Shown here: piece by piece, positions 38,394 to 46,682 of the stretch | Layout of the letters: the number at the start of each line of letters is the position of its first letter | How positions within the stretch are numbered: the stretch's first letter is position 1 | Notes under the pieces: model-generated | The model's input: only the letters and a program-made list of their open reading frames with translations | What the model was told of the DNA's origin: nothing | Database searches by the model: none | Origin: a bacterium | Lineage (GTDB): Bacteria; Zhuqueibacterota; Zhuqueibacteria; Residuimicrobiales; Krinioviventaceae | Assembly: GCA_963693055.1 (NCBI GenBank) | Contig: OY843751.1 | Coordinates: 2,944,001-3,008,000 of the forward strand | Length of the DNA: 64,000 bases | Direction: 5' to 3' | Position numbers and translations under genes: made by a program

Positions 38394-39938
38394 TCAATCA
38401 AATTGAATACCTTGCGCAAGAACCGTCTCTTGGCTCCAGTTAATTGTGTTTGTTTGTCTTCGCATATAGCCTTTCCAGGCATCTGATCCGCTTTCACGAC
38501 CTCCACCGGTCTCTTTTTCACCTCCAAAAGCGAGACCAATTTCGGCACCACTTGTTCCCAGGTTCACATTGGCAATACCACAATCGGAACCGGCATAACT
38601 GAGAAATGTTTCTGACTCTACCAGATCGTTCGTAAATATTGATGAACTGAGCCCCTGTGGTACATCATTTTGAATTGATATTGCATGTTCGATTGTACCA
38701 TCATATTTTAACAGATATAAAATTGGTGCAAATGTTTCTTCCTGAACAATATCCATTGAATTTTCAACCTCAGCAATTGCAGGTTTTACATAACATCCAC
38801 CCGGATATTCATTCTCATCCAAGGGCTCACCACCATATATCAGAGTACCGCCTTGTTCACGAATCTGTTGAATTGCTTTTTGCATCGTTTCAACGGCTAC
38901 TGTATCGACCAAAGGCCCCATTAGAATATTTTCATCCATAGGATTTCCTATAGTAATACGATTATAATAATCCAACAATTGTGTTTTAAATCTATCATAT
39001 ATTGATTCGGCAATAATTACCCTTCTGGTTGAAGTGCATCTTTGACCTGCTGTTCCAACTGCACCAAACAATACATTTTTTGCCGCAAGTTCTAAATCTG
39101 CCTTGGGAGTTACTATTATTGCGTTATTTCCACCCAATTCAAGTATCGTTTTACCCAGTCGTTCTCCAACTGTTTTAGATATATGTTTACCCAGGCGTGT
39201 TGAACCGGTATAACTGACAAGATTGATACGTTTATCATAATTTAATAGATCCCCAATTTCAGAACCTTTACCAGTTATCAGTGTCGCAATACCCTTAGGT
39301 GCATCGTTAGCTTCAAGTACTGCTTCAAGTATTTTTTGACATGCTATGGCAGTCAATGGAACAGGAGATGCTGGTTTCCATACACAAACATCACCACAAA
39401 CAAGTGCTATACTAAGGTTCCAACTCCAAACAGCAACCGGGAAATTAAATGCAGAAATGATCCCTACAACACCAAGTGGATGCCATTGTTCATACATACG
39501 ATGTTTAGGGCGTTCACTATGAGTCTGTACACCATATAACATTCGGGATTGACCACATGCATAATCACAAATGTCAATCATTTCCTGGACTTCTCCCCAA
39601 CCCTCTTGAATAGATTTACCCATCTCCAGAGTAACCAATTTACCAAGGGCGTCTTTTTTCTCGCGAAGCGCAACCCCCAATTGCCTTACAATTTCCCCTC
39701 TTTTAGGAGCTGGTACTTGTTTCCATTGTAAAAATGCATGCTGAGCAGATTTGATAACCATATCATAATCTTCTTTACTTGCCTGTTTTACCTGAGCAAT
39801 ACGTTCACCAGTTATTGGTGATAAAACATCCATAACAGTTCCATTTCCAAACCATTTTTCTCCATCAAAAACACCGTCATTAACATCTTTTAAATCCAGA
39901 GCTTTTAATACTGCGGTTATTTCATCCCGGATTTTCAT
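38394..39938 (-). CDS. amaB: ALDH7 family aldehyde dehydrogenase (piperideine-6-carboxylate / aminoadipate-semialdehyde dehydrogenase)
   Basis: PAPKRGEIVRQ, SAFNFPVAVWSWN, LELGGNN, GTAGQRCT, GAEIG..FGGEKETGGGRESGSD. Confidence 0.88.
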   Translation of the reverse strand: MKIRDEITAVLKALDLKDVNDGVFDGEKWFGNGTVMDVLSPITGERIAQVKQASKEDYDMVIKSAQHAFLQWKQVPAPKRGEIVRQLGVALREKKDALGKLVTLEMGKSIQEGWGEVQEMIDICDYACGQSRMLYGVQTHSERPKHRMYEQWHPLGVVGIISAFNFPVAVWSWNLSIALVCGDVCVWKPASPVPLTAIACQKILEAVLEANDAPKGIATLITGKGSEIGDLLNYDKRINLVSYTGSTRLGKHISKTVGERLGKTILELGGNNAIIVTPKADLELAAKNVLFGAVGTAGQRCTSTRRVIIAESIYDRFKTQLLDYYNRITIGNPMDENILMGPLVDTVAVETMQKAIQQIREQGGTLIYGGEPLDENEYPGGCYVKPAIAEVENSMDIVQEETFAPILYLLKYDGTIEHAISIQNDVPQGLSSSIFTNDLVESETFLSYAGSDCGIANVNLGTSGAEIGLAFGGEKETGGGRESGSDAWKGYMRRQTNTINWSQETVLAQGIQFD

Positions 39939-39948
39939 ACCAACTCCT

Positions 39949-40737
39949 TTATTTTTGATAAATATTTCTCAAAATATGGAAATCATTGCCAAAAATTGAT
40001 TTTGCCTGTTCTTCCAATCGATTTATTAATTTCCAGCTATAAATATCATGTTTTATAAAATCTTTTGCTACCCCTACCAGACTTTCATTTGCGGTCAATA
40101 CACCAATATTACTTTTTTGATCAGAAATAATACCTTGTAACAAATAAGAATTATCTACAACCAAAGTAAATTCTCGTCCACCCTTTTCTTTTATTTTCTC
40201 TTCTTCCAAAAGATGATGATAAACCGTTCCAAAATCCAATTCAAGGTGACCATATTGTACAATTGCTATATTTTTATTTTGCTTTTCTCGCAGCTTTTCC
40301 TGTAAAAGCAATAATTCTTCTTCCCAACAGAACAAGAGAATCTCAGTTTGGCAATTGAGAATTAATTCATTGGCTTTATTAATCAAATCTTCACGGGAGT
40401 TGATATCCCAAATATAATGAGATGATACTCCTTTGGCCTCCGGAAGATGCTTTTTTAAAAGATTGATTGATGCAGTTGTATCATCCTGGAAGCGTTTTAA
40501 CAATATTTCAATATCAATTGGAATATATTTAACAGGATCGGTTTGAATGGGAGAAATAACAGATTTCTCTAACAGCTTGTTGATAACTTCATAAACTTTT
40601 GATGGGGGAATCCCTGAACGTTTAGCTAATTCATAACCTGTAATTGGATTTTTTTTAACAAGTGCAACATAAGCTTTTGATTCATATTGAGAAAACCCAA
40701 ATCTAGCAAGATTTTCCATAATAATTGATATTGGCAA
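39949..40737 (-). CDS. TrmB-family transcriptional regulator
   Basis: GFSQYESKAYVAL and TGYELAKRSGIPPSKVYE winged HTH; TTG start with AAGGAG RBS. Confidence 0.88.
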   Translation of the reverse strand: MPISIIMENLARFGFSQYESKAYVALVKKNPITGYELAKRSGIPPSKVYEVINKLLEKSVISPIQTDPVKYIPIDIEILLKRFQDDTTASINLLKKHLPEAKGVSSHYIWDINSREDLINKANELILNCQTEILLFCWEEELLLLQEKLREKQNKNIAIVQYGHLELDFGTVYHHLLEEEKIKEKGGREFTLVVDNSYLLQGIISDQKSNIGVLTANESLVGVAKDFIKHDIYSWKLINRLEEQAKSIFGNDFHILRNIYQK

Positions 40738-40751
40738 AACGAACTCCTTAT

Positions 40752-40769
40752 TAACTACCCTTGTAGTTA
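40752..40769. promoter_or_regulatory. Putative TrmB operator
   Basis: Perfect inverted repeat TAACTAC-N4-GTAGTTA between the -10 box and the RBS. Confidence 0.65.
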
Positions 40770-40797
40770 TTATATAAAAAGTTCATAGAATTGTCAA
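40769..40797 (-). promoter_or_regulatory. Consensus sigma70 promoter of the TrmB operon
   Basis: TTGACA-17 nt-TATAAT, exact match on the minus strand. Confidence 0.85.
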
Positions 40798-40826
40798 GAC
40801 AAATTTCTAATATTTAAAAAATAGAT

Positions 40827-40859
40827 AAAAAAAGGCCGCTATTTAATAATAACGGCCTT
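40827..40859 (-). terminator. Intrinsic terminator
   Basis: AAGGCCG...CGGCCTT stem with U-run on the minus strand, insulating the TrmB promoter. Confidence 0.7.
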
Positions 40860-40872
40860 ATAGTGGTATGAA

Positions 40873-42186
40873 TTATACATTCATTGGAACAACAAAAGGT
40901 TCGCGATAATCGCGGGTGAGCATTTCATCAGCTTCGGGATCATTAACAAATCGTTCACTGGAAGGATCAAAATCTAACTGACGTCCCAGACGATAAGAAA
41001 TATTACCCAAATGTGCAAGTCCTGATGAAAGATGAGCGGTTTCAACTGGAGCATTTAAAATGGATTTATCGTGAGCGCGTACAGCTTTAATAAAATTAGC
41101 ATAATGGTCCCCACCTTCTTTCTTACTTGGGCCTGGTTTAACATTTCTACCTTCACCCAAATAAGTCTCATAGGTATCATAACCTTTTACAAGCATAAAA
41201 CCTTTTGATCCATAAAAGAGGTTTCCTGTTCCCACGCCATCTTCCTTGTTAGTATACCAGTGACGTACCTCAACTTCCATAAATTTATTTTCATTTGGCC
41301 AAGCATATTGAGAGCTAAGAACTTCAGGAGTTTCTTTGCAATCATCCCATAAGAATTTTCCACCCATAGAAGAGATTTTGCTAGGTAATCCAACACCTAA
41401 TCCCCACATACTCATATCAGTTTCGTGAACACCCTGGTTACCAATATCGCCATTACCAAATTCCCAATGCCAGTGCCAATTATAATGGACAATATTACGT
41501 GAAAATGGACGTTCCTGAGCTGGTCCCAACCAAAGATTATAATCCAAGCCGTCTGGTACAGGTTCAAAACCTTTATCACCAATATCCGGGCGCCAACGGT
41601 AAATTGTTGCTCTTGACATATAAACATCGCCAATTAAACCATCTCTCAAATGCTGAACGGCTTCCTGCAAAGCTACAGAACTACGCAATTGTACTCCATG
41701 TTGTACAATACGATCATATTTTGCAGCGGCTTCAACCATTTTACGGCCTTCATAAATATTATGAGAACCGGGTTTTTCTACATATACATCTTTTCCTGCC
41801 TGGCAAGCCCAAATAGTAGCAAGTGAATGCCAATGGTTACAAGTTGCTATACTAACCACGTCAATGTCTTTATCTTCATAAACTTTGCGTAAATCTTGTT
41901 CTAATTGTACTTTTTTATCATATTCCTCTTTAAAATCTTTGGCTCTTTGATCAAGAACTTTTTGGTCAGGATCACAAAGGGTAACAACCTCTACTCCATC
42001 AAGGTTCATATAACCTTTGATATGGTTTTTACCTCTTCCATTTACACCCAATACAGCAACATTAATTTTATCATTTGCACCTTTTGCCGATTTGGGTAAA
42101 ATCATGGGTGCTGAAATTGCTGCAGCAGCGGTTACACCTGCAGAACTCTTCATAAAATCACGACGGCTAACCTTTTCTTTTTCCAT
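40873..42186 (-). CDS. Tat-exported Gfo/Idh/MocA oxidoreductase
   Basis: SRRDFMK Tat motif, GVNGRG, VYVEKP, WLGPA, NQGVH. Confidence 0.9.
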   Translation of the reverse strand: MEKEKVSRRDFMKSSAGVTAAAAISAPMILPKSAKGANDKINVAVLGVNGRGKNHIKGYMNLDGVEVVTLCDPDQKVLDQRAKDFKEEYDKKVQLEQDLRKVYEDKDIDVVSIATCNHWHSLATIWACQAGKDVYVEKPGSHNIYEGRKMVEAAAKYDRIVQHGVQLRSSVALQEAVQHLRDGLIGDVYMSRATIYRWRPDIGDKGFEPVPDGLDYNLWLGPAQERPFSRNIVHYNWHWHWEFGNGDIGNQGVHETDMSMWGLGVGLPSKISSMGGKFLWDDCKETPEVLSSQYAWPNENKFMEVEVRHWYTNKEDGVGTGNLFYGSKGFMLVKGYDTYETYLGEGRNVKPGPSKKEGGDHYANFIKAVRAHDKSILNAPVETAHLSSGLAHLGNISYRLGRQLDFDPSSERFVNDPEADEMLTRDYREPFVVPMNV

Positions 42187-42254
42187 GGTCAAAACCTCAA
42201 TTTAGTAAATATTTATGTTTAAGTACCAATTGAACCGGTTTAAATTTAAAAATT

Positions 42255-42283
42255 ATTATAGTGTTTTAAATAGAGATTGTCAA
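42255..42283 (-). promoter_or_regulatory. Consensus sigma70 promoter
   Basis: TTGACA-17 nt-TATAAT, exact match on the minus strand. Confidence 0.8.
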
Positions 42284-42361
42284 TAGTTTTATACATATTT
42301 ACACTTTATTACAAAATGAATCTTAATTTAGTAAAAGATGAACAGTTCTTCAGGAAATGAT

Positions 42362-42390
42362 TTGCATTTTAGTACTTAAATCTTTATCAT
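42362..42390 (+). promoter_or_regulatory. Putative sigma70 promoter of the kamA-like gene
   Basis: TTGCAT-17 nt-TATCAT. Confidence 0.5.
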
Positions 42391-42457
42391 ATAAAGCTGT
42401 ACTTGTAATGTTCTCTGAATGAACTAGAATATCGAATTTGCTAACAAGGAGATACTA

Positions 42458-44251
42458 TTGTACAACAAAGACAATATTGATCGTTTACTATCCATAAATC
42501 CCACTATTCACAGTCTCCTCAAAGATGCCCAAAATCCCAGAATGGCAAGAAATTTTACCCGAATATATTTAGATGAAATGATCAGTATGCTTGACAGAAA
42601 TACACAAAAAATTCAACCCCTTGAATGGACTGTTCAAATGTCTTGTTTACAAACTTTTAAAAAAATCATCTCAGTTAGAAGTGAAAGGCTTGCAAAATTC
42701 AGTATCATTCAAGTACTTTTTTATATAGCAAAAGGGAAAATAGATAAACTTCCTGCTGATCTAAATGACGGCTTTTTTGAAGAAATGATCCACTTGTTTC
42801 AAGGTATGCTGGGCAAAAGTGGTATATATACTCAAGAAACAGTCCCTGAATTTACAAATTTGAGCGGACGAGATGCTGCCATTTCCCGATCTAATAAATT
42901 AGATAAAATGGCAAATGAAAGTAACAAATTTATAAAAAAATATCCATCAGGCCTTGATGAAATAGTAAAACAAAAACGTAAATCAAATAAGAAACGTATA
43001 TTGGATTATTTTAATGCTACAGAAGAAGATTGGAACAATCATCTCTGGCAAATGAAACATGTAATTCGAAACGTTGAACAACTTGAAGCATTAATTGATC
43101 TTTCGGAAGAAGAAATCCGTGCAGTCAATATGGCCAAAGGCGGTAATTTGCCCTTTGGAATAACCCCCTATTATGTGTCATTAATGGATAAAGAACCTGA
43201 TCGTAACCTTGATCACGCGATAAGAGCTCAGGTTATACCTCCCCTCAACTATGTAGAAAATATGCTAAAAAATCGTGATGATCGTTCCAATTGCTTTGAT
43301 TTTATGATGGAATCTGACACATCCCCTATTGAACTTATCACAAGAAGATATCCCATGATCTGCATTCTCAAGCCCTACAATACTTGTAGCCAAATTTGTG
43401 TGTATTGCCAACGAAACTGGGAAATTGATGATGTATTAGCTTCTGATGCTTTGGCAAGCAAAGAAAATATAACCAAAGCTGTTCAATGGATCAAAGAACA
43501 TCCCGCAATCAATGAAGTACTTGTTACCGGTGGCGATCCTCTGGTAATGAATAATAATAGGCTGGATTGGGTCTTAACTCAACTTGCAGAAATAGATCAT
43601 GTGGAAAGAATTCGTATAGGATCGCGTACACCTGTTGTATTGCCACAACGAATCACTAATGACCTTTTGCAAACGATCGAAAAATATCATGTCCCCGGAG
43701 TACGTGAAGTCGTTCTTGTTACACATTTCGAACATCCCTATGAAATTACTCCTGAATCCTTACAAGCTGTACAGAAATTCAAAAAGGCAGGAATTTCTGT
43801 TTACAACCAGGCTGTTTATACTCTTGAAAACAGTCGAAGATTTGAATTAGTAGCCTTGCGTAGATTACTAAGATTAATTGGAGTGGATCCATACTATACT
43901 TTTAATACAAAAGGTAAAGAAGAAACAAAGAGCTATCGTGTACCCATGGCCAGGCTTCAGCAAGAAATTAAAGAAGAAGCGAGATTGATCCCGGGTACAG
44001 TAAGAACGGATGAGCCAGTTTACAATGTACCTAAATTAGGCAAGAATTATATAAGAGCTCAACAGCATCACAGTGTATTAACTATTTTACCAAATGGTTC
44101 CCGGGTTTATGAATTTCATCCTTGGGAAAAAAATCTGGCATTAGCTGAAACATATATTGATACTGATGTTTCAATATATGATTATTTAAATATACTTGAA
44201 AAACGTGGTGAAAATATTGATGATTATAAATCTATCTGGTATTACTTTTAA
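42458..44251 (+). CDS. KamA-family radical SAM aminomutase (long form)
   Basis: FGITPYY, TRRYP, CSQICVYCQR, TGGDP, RIGSRTPVVLPQRI, THFEHP, PKLGK (probable PLP Lys). TTG start with AAGGAG. Confidence 0.88.
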   Translation: MYNKDNIDRLLSINPTIHSLLKDAQNPRMARNFTRIYLDEMISMLDRNTQKIQPLEWTVQMSCLQTFKKIISVRSERLAKFSIIQVLFYIAKGKIDKLPADLNDGFFEEMIHLFQGMLGKSGIYTQETVPEFTNLSGRDAAISRSNKLDKMANESNKFIKKYPSGLDEIVKQKRKSNKKRILDYFNATEEDWNNHLWQMKHVIRNVEQLEALIDLSEEEIRAVNMAKGGNLPFGITPYYVSLMDKEPDRNLDHAIRAQVIPPLNYVENMLKNRDDRSNCFDFMMESDTSPIELITRRYPMICILKPYNTCSQICVYCQRNWEIDDVLASDALASKENITKAVQWIKEHPAINEVLVTGGDPLVMNNNRLDWVLTQLAEIDHVERIRIGSRTPVVLPQRITNDLLQTIEKYHVPGVREVVLVTHFEHPYEITPESLQAVQKFKKAGISVYNQAVYTLENSRRFELVALRRLLRLIGVDPYYTFNTKGKEETKSYRVPMARLQQEIKEEARLIPGTVRTDEPVYNVPKLGKNYIRAQQHHSVLTILPNGSRVYEFHPWEKNLALAETYIDTDVSIYDYLNILEKRGENIDDYKSIWYYF

Positions 44252-44265
44252 AATGAGGAATTCCA

Positions 44266-44451
44266 ATGAGTGAAGAACAAAATTTACAAAATGATGTTCC
44301 CGGTCCAATTGAAAGTGAATATAAGGGTAATCCTATATTAACCTTAAATCCGGAAAGCAGATATCCCTTTAGCTTTGGCTTATCGAAAGCAAAGCTGGTA
44401 ATTCAATACATTGAAGAAATTAAAGCTTTTATTCAAAAACATGATAAATAA
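44266..44451 (+). CDS. Small hypothetical protein (61 aa)
   Basis: GAGG RBS, EYKGNPILTL...YPFSFGLSKAKL, followed directly by a terminator. Confidence 0.75.
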   Translation: MSEEQNLQNDVPGPIESEYKGNPILTLNPESRYPFSFGLSKAKLVIQYIEEIKAFIQKHDK

Positions 44452-44484
44452 AAAAAAGGCCGCTTATTTAAGCGGCCTTTTTTT
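44451..44484. terminator. Bidirectional intrinsic terminator
   Basis: A-run-GGCCGCTTA-tt-TAAGCGGCC-T-run between convergent genes. Confidence 0.9.
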
Positions 44485-44500
44485 AAATTCTTAAATCCTA

Positions 44501-45793
44501 TTAACCAATCCGATTTAACCATTCACGTGCTTTACCAACATATTCACTATCCGGATAGTTATTGATCAATTCTTGTAAATAATTTTTGGCATTTTGCATA
44601 TCATTTAACTGGATATAACAACGTCCTAACATCAAAGTTGCATCATCTTTTTTGTATGAAAAGCTATGTGCAAAAACACTTTGGAATGCCTGAATTGCCT
44701 GTTCATAATTCGCAAGCCCAAAATAGGATTCACCAATCCAATAGTCACAATTACTGGTCAATTTGTGATTAGGATATTGAGCTTTTAATTGCTCGAATTG
44801 AGAAATTGCATTTGAAAAATCACGAGCATAATAAACTTGCAAAGCACTTTGATATGCATTAGAAAATGATCCATCACCGCTATATGCAGTAGCAGCTCTT
44901 CCGCCAGAGCCAGCTAAATCAGATTCAAGATCAGAAATACGCTGCTCTTTAAACTGCAACTCCTGCTGAAGATTGTTGATTTCATTCTGTTTAGTGCTAA
45001 TATTTTGAGTCAATTCATCATATCTTTGCTGCAATGCTAAATCATCAGTTTCAGTAAACATGGACAGATCATCACTGTCTTCCAATTGGGAAAGGATATC
45101 ACCTTCCACCTCATTAAATTCTACACGTTCAAGAGCCAAAAGATCTTCATCACTTGGACCTTGTTGTGAGCGGCTACCAAGATGATATGTCAAACCCAGT
45201 TTTGCATTTAAATAACCATCTTTTGAACCATTATTATCTTGATTGTTTACTCCATCAAGATCATCTGACATGGTAAATCTATAATCTGCAAAAGTAGTAA
45301 AAGCTAATTTATCTGTTAAAAAGAAATCTAGTCCACCACCAAAGATCAAACTACCATCATAATAAACTTCGCCTTGTGGTAAGGTAGCAGTTTGTTTATA
45401 CACATATGTAGGATCTTTGCTCTCTCTATAAAACTCGAAACTAAATGCACCTACACCCAAAGAAACATAGGGTAAAAATCTGCCTGAATTTAAGAGATTA
45501 AAATTAGCTGTCAAGTCAACATTATTTAAATAACTGGTAAATTCATTATCAACATCAGTCAAACGAGAATAACCAACACCTAAGGCTAGGTTGAAACGGT
45601 TATTCAAATAATATCTTCCCGCAACACCACCAGAAAGACCAATGCCAGGATCAGCATAATCTCCATAAGGCTGAGTAAAACCACCATATGCTCCAATACC
45701 AAACTTGGATTTTCCGGTTGGTCCCTGAGCATAAAGTGAAGGTACTAGTAAAAGCACCATTGCAATTATTAATAAATTCTTCAGGATCTTCAT
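44501..45793 (-). CDS. Outer-membrane beta-barrel fused to coiled-coil and TPR (YbgF/CpoB-like)
   Basis: Signal peptide, OmpA-like barrel strands, coiled coil, YPNHKL..NCDYWIGESYF, YPDS. Confidence 0.75.
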   Translation of the reverse strand: MKILKNLLIIAMVLLLVPSLYAQGPTGKSKFGIGAYGGFTQPYGDYADPGIGLSGGVAGRYYLNNRFNLALGVGYSRLTDVDNEFTSYLNNVDLTANFNLLNSGRFLPYVSLGVGAFSFEFYRESKDPTYVYKQTATLPQGEVYYDGSLIFGGGLDFFLTDKLAFTTFADYRFTMSDDLDGVNNQDNNGSKDGYLNAKLGLTYHLGSRSQQGPSDEDLLALERVEFNEVEGDILSQLEDSDDLSMFTETDDLALQQRYDELTQNISTKQNEINNLQQELQFKEQRISDLESDLAGSGGRAATAYSGDGSFSNAYQSALQVYYARDFSNAISQFEQLKAQYPNHKLTSNCDYWIGESYFGLANYEQAIQAFQSVFAHSFSYKKDDATLMLGRCYIQLNDMQNAKNYLQELINNYPDSEYVGKAREWLNRIG

Positions 45794-45837
45794 GTTTATC
45801 TCCCTTCATGGAAAATTAAACTTGGCAACATAATGCA

Positions 45838-46374
45838 TTAAGAATAATTTTTTTTCTGTTCCCTAAAATATTCTAAAAGCGTTTCAGGAACAATGGTTTC
45901 AAGATTAATAGTAGTTTCTGCATTTTGATTATAAGCACTCAACAGGGTTTCAAGATTTAATGTTTCATAATAAAATATTTCACCATTTTTTTGATCAAAC
46001 AAATTTTTTATTTTAATTATTTGCTCTCCTACTTTTTCAAAATAATAGTTTGTTAATGAATGCCCTATCAAGTCCTTAACTTTTAAATCGATGTCTAATT
46101 TACTTTTTAGCACATCACGAATAATACCATGAAACAAATAACGATTCAAATTTAGTTCTAGTCCACTATCAACACCTTTATAACTAAAAATAGATGGACC
46201 CTTAAAATAGTCAGTTTTTGGAGCGATATGATTCAAAATATAAAAATCAATCGCTTCACGCTCATTGGTTTCAAGGAACTTGTGTGAAGAATAACATAGT
46301 AGATTTTTACTTTCATCAAATTCTATTTCAACGAGCACGTTAAAAGTTGAAAAATATATCGTATCATTCATCAC
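45838..46374 (-). CDS. Hypothetical protein
   Basis: 178-aa ORF preceded by a sigma54-like promoter. Confidence 0.6.
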   Translation of the reverse strand: MMNDTIYFSTFNVLVEIEFDESKNLLCYSSHKFLETNEREAIDFYILNHIAPKTDYFKGPSIFSYKGVDSGLELNLNRYLFHGIIRDVLKSKLDIDLKVKDLIGHSLTNYYFEKVGEQIIKIKNLFDQKNGEIFYYETLNLETLLSAYNQNAETTINLETIVPETLLEYFREQKKNYS

Positions 46375-46399
46375 ATCAAAATCTTACAATCTTAATTAA

Positions 46400-46415
46400 A
46401 GCAAAAATCAAGCCA
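46400..46415 (-). promoter_or_regulatory. Putative sigma54 (-24/-12) promoter
   Basis: Minus strand TGGCTTGATTTTTGCT, about 26 nt before the start codon; TGT-N10-ACA at 46490-46505. Confidence 0.6.
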
Positions 46416-46682
46416 TTAACAACTTACTTTACATAACTTGAATAACCTACTTTAGAACAAGGAATTACACAAGTATTATTTCAAAAATTTGTGACATGAA
46501 ACACATTTACGTAATTTAAATAAAACAATAACTTATGAACTTTTTTATTATACATACAATAAATTAATTTTGCGTTAATATTTTTTATTTTCACCTACTA
46601 AAACAAAGTTTTTCTTGAATTTATTTACAAATTATATATTCAATTTTAAAACAATATCTCAAACTGATACAGTAATAGTTAC

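Noticed and set aside
38381-38551. N-terminal extension of the aminotransferase ORF in the ORF track
   Set aside because: It overlaps the ALDH gene out of frame; family similarity begins at MTYPY (38380).
32022-39938. Standard AAA lysine biosynthesis operon
   Set aside because: No homocitrate synthase, LysW system or aminoadipate reductase is present, and ALDH7 works oxidatively. Disfavoured but not fully excluded.
45823-45837. TGGCAACATAATGCA as a third sigma54 site
   Set aside because: Spacing is GG-N9-GC rather than N10, and it points antisense to the flanking genes.
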